Source: Octopus sinensis (taxonomy: Eukaryota). From it: 64,000 bases of DNA. Positions 52,713 through 64,000 of this stretch are shown here, piece by piece (the stretch's first letter is position 1; each line of letters starts with the position of its first letter). The stretch lies in assembly GCF_006345805.1 (NCBI RefSeq), contig NC_043005.1, positions 100,564,001 to 100,628,000 on the forward strand, read 5' to 3'. Made by a program: the position numbers and the translations under genes. The notes beneath the pieces were generated by a model. That model worked only from the letters and a program-made list of their open reading frames with translations, ran no database searches and was not told the origin of the DNA.

Positions 52713-53111
52713 GAGGCCTTTCACATAGGGTAGATAGACTGTGGATAGTTTATCGGTTTCGTCCTCTCTTTTCTTCATAATTAGAGTGGAGAGTATGCTT
52801 TTGGGGTAGTTATTGTTAAATAGATTGTTACTGAGCTTAATCATTTCTTCGTGGTGGGTATCAAGGTCGCTACTTATATTCATTGCTCGATGTTTTAGGC
52901 ACTGAGCAATCCCTCTCTTTACACTGTGTGGATGGTGGGAACTGAAGCTGAGGTATCGTCTCATGAAGGTCGTCTTGCGGTATATGGATGTCCTGAATCC
53001 ATACTTAGTGTGTGTTATTAATACATCCAGGAATGCTAGCTGATAGTCTTTTTCTTTTTCCATTGTGAACTGTATGGATGGCTTCATTGAGTTCACATGA
53101 TCTAACAGCAC
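52713..53111 (-). mobile_element. Penelope-like element fragment (RT C-terminus, thumb and linker)
   Basis: LLDHVNSMKPSIQFTMEKE..LAFLDVLI..SIYRKTTFMRRYLSFSSHHP..KRGIAQCL..RA..YPKSI..VYLPYVKG is the typical PLE pattern; open for ~133 codons, ends in (CTA)n before any GIY-YIG motif. Confidence 0.85.
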
Positions 53112-53123
53112 TTGGACTTAAAC

Positions 53124-53340
53124 AACTTAAACAAGCGGACTGTCCAGAAGATTTGCAGGAGATTCCAAAGTCGTCCGGAGGCTGTGGTCGAAGCCAATGG
53201 CGATTTTGTTAAATAAATTTACTCTTTAGTATTTCAAGATATTTTTTTGTAACTTTGGCAAACATATCAGTTAAAACGAGATGTCAGTGTTAATTTCCTT
53301 TTTGTATAATTTGGAAGACAATTTATTCATTGCACCGTGT
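53124..53340 (+). mobile_element. Tc1-like transposon 3' end
   Basis: NLNKRTVQKICRRFQSRPEAVVEANGDFVK* followed by a caccgtg|TA terminus. Confidence 0.7.
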
Positions 53341-53370
53341 ATATATATATATGTGTGTGTTATATGCATG

Positions 53371-53427
<57 letters not shown>

Positions 53428-53587
53428 TATATATAAATGGATGAATGAATTATCCTTTGTTTACCATTAACATGGAAAATTCAATAAACAGTTACCACGG
53501 TAGCAAAATTCACACAAGTAACAAGGATGTAGCGACCTATTCAAAGGTAGAAACTTCGGGTTAATGTGCGGTAATTTGTGTAGTATA

Positions 53588-53876
53588 AATAAATAAATGG
53601 AGTTGAATGCAGATGTTATTGAAATTCCTTTACTTTTGACATATGTTTCGAAGACAACATTGGTTTTATTCCAAAGGAATAAACTGTGTAAAACAATGCA
53701 ATCTTCTCATCAGGAGAGAAAGAGAATCTATCTCAACAAGACATTATTTCCTGATGAGAAGATTGCATTATTTTACACAGTTTATTCCTTTGGAATAAAA
53801 CCAATGTTGTCTTCGAAACATATGTCCAAAGTAAAAGAATTTGAATAATATCTGCATTCAACTCCATTTATTTATT
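53588..53876. repeat. Palindrome: 128-bp arms (53588-53715, 53749-53876), 33-bp spacer
   Basis: aataaataaatggagttg...cttctcatcagga versus tcctgatgagaag...caactccatttatttatt with few mismatches. Confidence 0.95.
53747..53830 (+). ncRNA. Putative type I hammerhead ribozyme with canonical core (mirror copy on minus strand, 53634-53715)
   Basis: UUUC-CUGAUGA-GAAGA...UCUUC-GAAA-C-AUAU-G-UC^-CAAA. Extended helix II, palindromic ACAUAUGU helix III, GUC cleavage triplet; helix I weak (C.C plus 3 A-U). Confidence 0.7.
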
Positions 53877-54499
53877 CATATATATATATATATATATATG
53901 TGTGTGTATATATATATATATACATGTATGTATATATATATCTGTGTACATGTGTGTGTCTGTATTTGTCTCCACGAAAACCACCACCACCACCACCACC
54001 ACCACCACCACCACCACCACCACCACCACCACTTGACTATTTGTTTGTTTACATCTCCATAACTCAGATCTTAGCAATTTGGCAAAACAGACTAAAAATA
54101 TCAGACTTAAAAAAAAACATAAATACTGCAGTCTGTTCCACTAAAACGCACCAAGGTGATAGCCCAGCATGGTCACACTCTAATGAGTGAATCAAGTAAA
54201 AGAAAGAAAAAAAGATTAGAGATATGCACTGAGTGACATTTTACACAAATTCACTAATACTGCTTCTTTGGAATTTCATTTATTCACAGAGATTAAATGA
54301 ACGGAATGAGAAAATAACACATAAATTTAGGCGCATCAGTTGACAAGTCAGCCATTTGTGGAGTCCAACTGTGCTGGTAAGAACAACTATGATGCAGCAA
54401 TATAATATGGCCAATGCATGTACACTTTTTCTGAATTCCTAAGTCTGAAAGCAATTCTTTGACAAGAAATAACCAGCTGAGCTTCATATATAAACTCGT

Positions 54500-54775
54500 T
54501 GCCAGTCTTGCCTGGCCTCCGTGCCAGTGGCACGTAAAAAGCACCATCCGATCGTGGCCGTTTGCCGGCCTCGTCTGGCACCTGTGCCGGTGGCACATAA
54601 AAGCACTCCCTACACTCACGGAGTGGTTGGCGTTAGGAAAGGCGTCCAGCCGTAGAAACATTGCCAGATCAGACTGGGCCTGGTGCAGCCTTCTGGCTTC
54701 CCAGACCCCAGTTGAACCGTCCAACCCATGCTAGCATCGAAAGCAGACGCTAAACGATGATGATGATGATGATGA
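54500..54775 (+). mobile_element. RTE 3' tail copy
   Basis: One ~60-bp unit plus the shared tail and (GAT)n. Confidence 0.85.
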
Positions 54776-55209
54776 CTAGGAGCAAGACATTTTAAGCTAC
54801 GTTCTTGAATTTTGCTGATCAACAAACAACCTATATTTTTCCAACCACTGCTCTAGTTTGCTAGAAATGGTAAAGGTAACAATTTCAATGTTGGACACAA
54901 CATTCAAATAAAACATCTCATTAGATATGACAGTTGTCTATATTTTCTATGGTATCCCATGTTGGTATAAACGCCTCTTATCTCAATGTCATCACTGGCC
55001 TCTCAATAGACTGAAATATCTGGATATGTGTCAATCTTAGATATCTTAAATCAATGAGACCAGATCAAATGTCACTGGTGAGAGATATTATATATATTAA
55101 TTAATATTTCATGTTGCAAAATTTAAGGATAAAAACTAGCAGAATAATCTATTGAAATATGAATTATTAAAGTTTATTAATCTGTTAGAGGAGAAAATAA
55201 TAAAGTAGA

Positions 55210-55790
55210 TTAATATACTGTAACATGAGATATCATAGTATATTAACCTATTATAACATGAGATGTAGTAAATTTATTTATTATAACATGAAAATGTTAA
55301 AGTAGATTAATCTAGTATAACATGAGATATTTTAGTATTTTTATTATAATATGAGATATTAGGTGGAGAGCTGGCAGAATCATTAGCAAGCCGGACAAAA
55401 TGCTTAGCGGTATTTCGTCTGTTATTACGTTCTGAGCTCAAATTGCGCCGAGGTCGACTTTGCCTTTCATCCTTTCGAGGTCAATAAATTAAGTACCTGT
55501 TTCGCACTGGGGTCGATGTAATCGACTTAATCCCTTTGTCTGCCCTTGATTGTTCCCTCTATGTTTAGCCCCTTGTGGGCAGTAAAGAAATATATAATAT
55601 GAGATACTAAAATATATTTATTTAAGAATGACATATATTAATCTCGTACAACATGAGGTTTAATGCATATTAATCTAGAACAACATGAGATATTATAATA
55701 TATTTATTTATTATATGAGATATTATGATATGATATTTATTTACCATAACATGAGATATATTTCAATCTATTACAACATGAGTTTATTAT
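55210..55790. repeat. Degenerate ~33-bp minisatellite (core ataacatgagatat) interrupted by a SINE C copy at 55362-55590
   Basis: More than ten aacatgag/aatatgag cores either side of the SINE. Confidence 0.7.
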
Positions 55791-57497
55791 ACAAAAGGAG
55801 TGTTTCTCAAAGCAGGTGTCTAGGAACTTCAGGTAAAGAATTTTTTGTAATCAGCAAGATAATCTATCAGTTAATAAAATATAATTTAAAAAATCATTTT
55901 AATAAGCAAGTATGTTTCACCATTTTCCAAATAAGCTAGATATTGTTGTTGGAATAAATTTTCTCTGAAACAATTTTTGTTCCATTTAATGTCTAAAATT
56001 AAGGTGGCAGGTCTTGTTCGTAAAATATAAGTATGGATTCTGCAACATTAGGAAAATAGTATAATGGGTTCAATATGAAAATAAGTTTTGAAATTGCTGT
56101 ACTAGAGTAAGTACAATAATGTATTTCATATAAGTTACATTATTGAAATTTATCTTACCATAAAATTTTACATAAATAAGTACAGATTATTTATGATAAT
56201 AACATCACCCCCTTTTGGAAATGTATTTTGTGAATTAGTTATGCAGAAGATAGGAACATTATTAGACTTGAAAAATAATGAACTTATGTTGTATAACAGA
56301 TTCATGAATTGATGATCAAGTTAAAGAATTTAGAGAGCAGAGGAAATAAAGGAGAGAAAGAGAGAGAGAGAGATAGATTTGGAGATAACGTTAGATTACA
56401 ATGATTTAAAAGTTGTATAAATAACAACATCAAAGACAACGATTATAGTTTAAATAACCTTTACTATTTTAAGTACCATTCTAATGGTCCGTTTCTGTTT
56501 GTCTTTCAACCATTAGTCTATTTATATAGGGAAAAAGACAACTTTGTAAACTATTAGAATATTTTGAGTTTGACATTAATGATTAAAACCATGAAAGAAA
56601 AATGTTAAAACAATAGCAGAAAACCATTAAGAAAATAACAGAAGTTTGAACTAACGACTGTGTTTATCACAGGTGCCAGTTAAGAGATAAGGAATCGGTA
56701 AATATCTAATTCTGTCTGTTTGAAACTATCTATCAGGAGGCTGGTACAATTTATTAATTACTCTTGAGGTGAAAGGTTGAAATTAACGAGGCAGAATCAG
56801 TGAAAAAATAGGAAATGAAGCAAAAGCAAATTACAACAATTGGTAAAAGGAATAAGAATGACTGCAATTGTCCTGAAGTTGGCTGGAAACTATATTAATA
56901 ATGATTGATAATAATAATAATAATAATGATGATAATGATAATAATAATAATGATGATAATGATAATAATAATAATGATGATGATGATAATAATAATGGAG
57001 GTAGTGATATGATAGAGAAGTAGTGTGGAGTGATGAACATGTTGATTAGAAAGATGGAGGAGGCGATAGCTATATTATAATACGAGTGAATATAATAGTG
57101 ATGGTCATGTTTATGATGGCCACAGTAATGACAATAATACAATGGTCATTATATTAATAATGATGATGATGATGACGGTGATAAAGTTAATGAAAAATGA
57201 TGATTATGATATCTTGATCCTAATGAAGACGTTGGTAACAGTAGTGCTGTTGTTGATAGAGGTGGCTGGGGGGGAGGGGGAGACTTCAGTATCATGAATA
57301 TCATCAATATCATTAATGATATCGTATAATGTTGATGATGACAATGATTAGAAATCAATTAATGAATTAACGATCTATGGTTGAATTATCGACTATTGAT
57401 TTCATTTTAATAACTTGTATGAATAAAATTACAATTCTAGAGGAAGTGAAATATAAATCACCTCCAAGAAGTCTATAGTTCAGTGAAGATGTACCAT

Positions 57498-57556
<59 letters not shown>

Positions 57557-57594
57557 TTTTTTCTTCTTCTTCTTCTTATTATTATTAATATTAT

Positions 57595-58103
57595 TATTAT
57601 TATTACTATTGAGTGAGAGAGCAGTGCATGCCATCAAAGTGACACTGGGGTAAAATATATGAAGCCCAGTATACCCCTCATGACTACATATGTGCGTGAC
57701 ATGGTGATCTCATATCAAGACAAACAGCGCATGACCTTGCAGGTGGGGCCCAGTTAGATTTTCCTTCAGGTCAAGTAGCCCATTCTACTCAAAAGGTTCC
57801 TGGATAAGGGTTGTTTAAGGGTCTTGAATGAAACATCAATGTTTTGAGTGGTGAATTATCCAAACTCCAAAGAATCCCTCTCAACACATGGCTATGATGC
57901 TCCCCCACTACTTCTGCTCGTGAACACAGATGCACATATCATCGACCACTAAGGACATGTGCAGTCAAACAATTGACAAGCAAATCTGTGGTATTGAACA
58001 GAATATTTGCTGTAGCCCATCTTTTATACCAAGACAAAACAATGTACATGATAACACTTCCAATCAGTGAAGATCAGCAGCCACAAGAGCCACTGCCTGG
58101 TAC
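57595..58103 (-). mobile_element. Family D repeat
   Basis: Matches 27080-27640 with small deletions. Confidence 0.75.
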
Positions 58104-58105
58104 TA

Positions 58106-58500
58106 TTAGGTTGTTGCGAAAATAACGGCCGATTTCAGAAACATAATTTTATTCTGGAAAAATTCACAATAGAAATGTTTTGATTTTTCCAAGTACGAGC
58201 TGTGAACATCTATGCATCCTTGCCATTGATTAACAAGATTATTTATACCCTATTGATAAAAAATTATTGGCTTTGATGCTAAGAATTCTTTGAAAGCTGA
58301 TTCCACCTCTAGTTTGGACCTGAAAGTTTTATCGCTTAAAAACGTGTTTGAATGTAAAGTATTCAAAAATGGCAGTCAATGGGTGAAAGATCAGAAGAAT
58401 ATGGGGGATGTGGTAAAGTCTCATATCCCAAGTCTGTGAGTTTCTGCAGCATCCTTCTTGCAACATTTGGCTTTGTATTATCGTGGAGTTTTCTTTTGCT
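58106..58500 (-). mobile_element. Mariner 3' fragment (cecropia/Hsmar1-like)
   Basis: TA|TTAGGTTGTTGCGAAAATAA TIR; minus strand GYETLPHPPYSSDLSPID..EVESAFKEFL..INNLVNQWQGCIDVHSSY. Confidence 0.75.
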
Positions 58501-58659
58501 TACACAGTGACTTCATATCTAGACTGTTCTAGTGAAGACCTTCATCAATATTTTTTCTTTAGGGCACATTCCTGTGAAGCTATCATCTTGCTTCTATCTA
58601 CTCATGTGCAATAATTCTGAGTTAGTATCAGCAAGTTAACTAACCACAGAAAATAATCC

Positions 58660-58850
58660 TCATCATCATAATCATTTAACGTCCGCTTTCCATGCTAGCA
58701 TGGGTTGGACGATTTGACTGAGGTCTGGTGAACCAGATGGCTGCACCAGACTCCAATCTGATCTGGCAGAGTTTCTACAGTTAGATGCCCTTCCTAACGC
58801 CAACCACTCCGAGAGTGTAGAGGGTGCTTTGACATGCCACTGGCACGAGG
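58660..58850 (-). mobile_element. RTE 3' tail copy
   Basis: Reverse of the shared tail. Confidence 0.85.
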
Positions 58851-61294
58851 GCGAGTCAGGTGCAATATTCACCATAACAGAACAGGTTATTTGTATTGCT
58901 ATTGTTTTTAACAAAATAAACACAGAAAACCTCAACAAAGAAAGTAATAGAACCAGAGCCCTTTTTCTGTCTCATCAAACTAATGAAACAAAGCACCACA
59001 CATGCCATACTGCTATGAATATGGGTAAAGTGAGGAGAGGAGGATTAGGGTTTTTGTTTTATGAACACAACTAATAGAACCAACAAGAAGTTACATTCAT
59101 AAAGGAAAAGAGAAGATCTGTTAATTACCTTCAGTAATTATTCTGACTCAGTGCGTCAGTAGCAATGACCATCCTTGCTGTATTAGCACAGCCAACAATG
59201 GAAATGAATTGGCCAGTGAAAAGAATAGGTAGAATGCAACTGAAAAGGAATGTAAATTCTTCAATATCACCCACAGAATGTGGCACTTCAGTAGAACCAA
59301 AAGCTCAATTCAAATAAAGATATTCATAAACTTTACCCCATGTAACGAGCTATATTTTCCTCTTTCATCTACAAACTGTGTGTGTATGTGAGTGAGTGTG
59401 TGTATGTGAGTGAGTATGTTTATGTGTGTGTGTGTGCAAGTGCGTATGCGTGCACACACACACGATTCCTTTCCACAAATAATATTTTGGACAACTAGTT
59501 TACCAGAATTGTAATTCCAAGTTTCTATCTTAGATGAACAATTACATTTTATCAAAAATGTAGTCATGTTTTAGCCTTCTCCAGACTTTGCAATTAAATT
59601 AGAGGTAAGTGGTTATTATAATCATTTATCGTAAGGAAATGGACAATTTTGGAAGGATGATAGTTTAATAGTCTTCTCTCTGACTGGTCATTATTTTAAT
59701 ATACTGAAGGATGAAACTTAAAGACATAAAACAATAAGAGTGGTGGTGACGGGTGACGGTGATGGTGCTGGTGGTATATACTTTGGTTATTACTTGATAA
59801 GTGAGATGAAAAGTCAGTTTGGTGAGGAGAGCAGTGATAATGAAATGTTTCCACACAACTGTATTACCGATTCCAATGTTATTTATACTGGATGGGTGAA
59901 GAGCACAACTGGCATCAGTAAAATTTGATCGGAGAAACATGGTAACAACTTAAATATTGTGGAACATTGGGGATCTTCAGTCTCAGTTATCTAAATTATG
60001 GATAATATTAAATGATTATAAGATTAACTAAACAAAAAATAATAATAATAATATTGAAGATAATGGTAAAAACAAGTTTGAAAATAGCTTTGACCAGAAA
60101 AAAGAAAACAGTTAAGTTTACAAGACAAGACTGTTAAAAGACTGGACGGCAATCATTGCTGATTTGATGGTAGATTCTATGACACTCAGTGTGGGATTAC
60201 AATTCTAAACTCAAATTATGCTGATATCCACCGATTTTAACTTCTGTAGCCGATAATAAGAAAATATTTATTTTTTGCGGAGACTTAATCTTCTGCTATA
60301 TCAGGCAGATTAACTTGATGTCTGGACAATTTAAATCCGTTTCTGCCAAACTTTCTGAAAGTGTCTTCTCTCTAATAATTTGAATCAAACTCTATCTTCA
60401 AGAGAATCTGACCTCAGAATTTTGGCCGAATATTCATTACTCTATTTTCATGTTTTGCTTCTTTACAGTTCATTATTTCTTTATATCATTATGTGAAAAT
60501 AAAATAAATTTCTCAAGATACCTAGAAGATAAGAAGATATAATATGATGCCATTAAGGATTATTTTGATTATTCTATCCAGACATTTAATCCTATGCCTT
60601 CAGTATTTTTTTCCTTTCTTTAACTTCACAAAGTTTGCTAAACTCAAGATTATGACTGAGAAATCCTTGCTCAAGTAGTACAGAAGCAATAATTCTAATA
60701 ATAAAAACCATACAAGTATATAGGTTTCACTTCTTTATATCAATTAAATTTTTCTATCTTTTATTTACTGTAGATCTGATATTTATTGTTCTTTTATTGT
60801 TCTTAGCCAAAAATGTTATACAACATAAAGTTGCAGTAGAATATTGCTCTATTTGATAGAAAGAAAAATATGATTTTTAAAATCAGATTAATTTAAAATC
60901 ACTATTGTTTATTATTTTCTAATGGAATTTGAAGTTTTAGACTCGCTATAGTTTATAAAAATATAGTTCAATGACATTTACAGCAAACAAACACTGACAT
61001 TGCATTAGTAGGGGGCTAAAAGGTGAGATAAGGGTTCATTTAAGAATTAAGAATTCCAGGTGAAAATAAATCTGGTATCTATTTTCTATTAATTATTCCA
61101 GGTAAAAATCAATCTGGTACCTATTTTCTATCCTGTGCAGAATAAATTATCTCAACAATGTCTGTGATAACACCAAAAAGGGGATTCTTAACGATCTCCC
61201 AACTGGTGTACTTCGATATAACTACATTAGTAAAATGACGACAATTACTATAATAGAATCTAAAATATATAAACATATAAAGTAAAAAGTGAAG

Positions 61295-61550
61295 GCATGT
61301 GACCTAGGAGATAGGTTGTTGTACTCGTGTTCACTAGATCATGGGTTCCATTCCCTGACTGGGTGGTATGTTTTGTTCTGGAGCAAAGCATTTCATTATG
61401 CATTGCTCCAGTTCCCCTTTCGATCAGTGGGGAGTGTTGGCCTGCTTGCCTTGCCAGTGGAGTGGTGTCATTTGAAGGTTAAAACAATGCAAAACATATT
61501 GTGACCAGCGATGTGTAACAATATCTGATAGCCTGGTCACTCACATGATT
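61295..61550 (+). mobile_element. Diverged tRNA-derived CORE-like SINE
   Basis: gggttccattccc (box B) and ctggagcaaagcatttcattatgcattgctccagtt core. Confidence 0.6.
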
Positions 61551-61609
61551 ATGTAATAAAGTAAAACATACAGGATTTATTGAAAGCTTAAGTTCTTTAA
61601 ATGTAGTCT

Positions 61610-61907
61610 ATCCATTTCTATTCACCAGATATTGCTCCTTCGGATTTCCACTTATTCTGGTCTCTGCAGAATAGTCTTAATGGTAAAAATTTCAGTTCCT
61701 TGGATGATGTAAAAAGATACCTTGATGAATTCTTTGCCATGAAACCACCTCAATTCTTGGAAGAAGGTATTTTCAAGTTAAAGGAAAGATGGAGACGTAT
61801 TGTGCAACAAAATGGTTCATATTTGGCTGATTAAAAATGTAATGGCAAGTATTTATTGACTGTTTTCTTTCCTTTAAGAATTGGCATGAACTTTCTGGAC
61901 AACCCAA
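61610..61907 (+). mobile_element. 3' fragment of the same mariner family as 36112-37398
   Basis: Near-identical to the reverse of 36112-36410; ends gaactttctggacaacccaa|TA. Confidence 0.9.
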
Positions 61908-63888
61908 TAGATTTGTATGAACAAAGTTTAGCCTGAAATTCAAAAATAGTAGCTCTAACCTCAATAATTCTGATGGCTTTCTTTGTAATCTCTTTTTTAT
62001 TTCTTTAAATTTCATATAAAAATCTTCTGGTGTAACTGATTGTGTCTTCTTCTGTGAAAGACATTAAAAAGACATTAAAAAGACATTAAAAAGATCTGGA
62101 CCTTTTCAATCAGCCAGATAATTCATTCATTTCAATGGATTGTATGTGAATGACACAACACTAGTGGTCATCACATCCAATCAGACATTTTGCAAGTTGT
62201 ACAATATCTTGCGAGTAATCTCCGTGATCCAGAGATTTCTGTCCTCGTGTTATGAAGGGATTCATGAATACAAACTTGTAAATTTATCTTTTGTAGGTCC
62301 CTAAACTTTTGTGGGTCCCTAAACTTTTACTTACCCAGGTAGCATTTTATTCACTCCCAGGGCCCTATATGAAGCACCTTAAAAACCCTGCTCTACCTGA
62401 TGTAATTAAACAGATTGTATATAATGAGTAGCCAGATACTGCTTACATTGTTATATTCATCATTGTTTTCAGTGTCCTAATATCTCTATGTCCATGGTTC
62501 TGAGTCAATTAGACAGGCCAAAAGTACAGTCGATCACCTTTCCGTAATAGGCCTCCATTATTGTGTAAGATAGGTTCACAGTACAATCCTGCTTCCTGCT
62601 TCCCTCTCTGTGTATTACCACTTTTTATGATTTTGTGTCTGAACTACATCACAAACCATCACGGGATCTGACCACACCACTTTTATCTTCCTCTGCCACA
62701 ACTTTATTCCAAAGGTGACACATTATGGTATCACCCCCATGCAACACTCACCATTCACTTTCCTTATCAATCATCTCTGTTGTTCACTTCACCGAGGCCT
62801 TTCAGGTAACTTTCTTAGGTTAGTTGTTCTTGATATTTCATATATACATACTTAATCTTAAACATATACCTTCACTCATTTCTTTTCATCTTTCATAGAT
62901 CTTCAACGCAGTTCAATATTCCTGCAACAGTACCATGCAGTTAATCTTTACTTATTGCAACTTCACCTTTGTACAAAAATAGACTTCTTTGATAAGATTT
63001 TCTGGAATTTTTTAAGCAAAAGTTTCCTGTACTCTAAATCTCTTCCGAAAAGATTATCCATTCATTGTGTGTCTATTACTGTCATATTTCTCTGGCTAGG
63101 TGGAGCAACAATAGCCATGTAAAACATGTTAATATAAGAATGATGACAACAATGGTGGTGATGGCAACGATGATATAAAGTTGAGCAGAAATATTACTTT
63201 CCTTTAAGACTATAAAACACTTTTAGAAAAAAAAAAGAAATCTAGCATAGTCAGCAGTAAGTCTCTTTTAGCCACCTCACAGCTGGCCGTCTCTGAAATG
63301 TTGTGATTCTCCTTATAAGATGACCTTTCACAGACATAATGGTGTGGCTACAAAGTGAAATATCTTTCCGAGGCTGCCAATATACAGAATCCAATAAAAT
63401 GCCAGGAAATGTTTGCTTCCATTCTAGTTTAGCTGTATTTTAGTTTGCCAATGGAATGCATTTCTATAGATTATGCTACTTTTGGATTCATCCCTACCCA
63501 ACTACTGAGCTTTCAATGGCATGCAGGTTAAAGTACCCTCACAAGTATTGATGGGTATCTATCCATTTTTCTACCATCGTTAAATTTATTTCTCAATGTT
63601 GCTATACATTAACTATCTTATTCTTCAGACATTTATATTAAATGTGGTCAGTGCATTTTTCACAAATGGCCAAAAGGAGGTCCTTTGTTCAGCTCTATTT
63701 TAAAGTCCAGAAGAAACCAAGAAAGCTGAGATGTGAACCTGTCTTAAAATACACAAGTTAAATATCCTAAACTTTCAATGTGACAAAATAAACGGTTTAT
63801 GGTAGGAGTAGCAGAATAAATAAATGTTAATTAAAGGAGTGGCAGAGTTAGATATATCTAAGAATGAAGACCACACACACACACACAT

Positions 63889-63930
<42 letters not shown>

Positions 63931-64000
63931 CAAAACCATTACATTAAAAGATTATTCAAAAATTCACATTTGTTACTCAAAATCATTACTCTCTTTTACT

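Noticed and set aside
53597-53848. 83-aa ORF, and the paired 69-aa ORFs at 51987 and 51998
   Set aside because: By-products of AT-rich palindromes with no protein signature.
56831-57358. Hydrophobic and His-rich ORFs
   Set aside because: (ATA)/(ATG) low-complexity sequence.

Overview
AT-rich, repeat-dense eukaryotic DNA, most likely from an octopus or other coleoid cephalopod; this is inferred from the SINE families and the (TA)n/(GAT)n microsatellite load, not proven. No long intact host ORF is visible, and most supplied ORFs are microsatellite or SINE artefacts. Retroelements: a 5'-truncated but young RTE LINE (8690-11146) plus many copies of its 3' tail, a decayed RTE/BovB-like LINE (about 33450-36000), a Penelope-like (PLE) RT fragment (52713-53111, minus) and at least three tRNA-derived SINE families. 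DNA elements: a full-length decayed mariner (36112-37398), several other mariner/Tc1 fragments and two Helitrons. The best host-gene candidate is two phase-compatible terminal exons at 12275-13415. The most interesting signal is a set of long palindromes and inverted-repeat elements carrying minimal type I hammerhead-ribozyme motifs of the PLE kind. Across them the 3:8 core pair appears as canonical C:G (53747-53830), as G:C (52058-52108) and as U:A (a dispersed family at about 8.6, 18.2 and 39.9 kb). All calls were made by eye; repeat boundaries are approximate.
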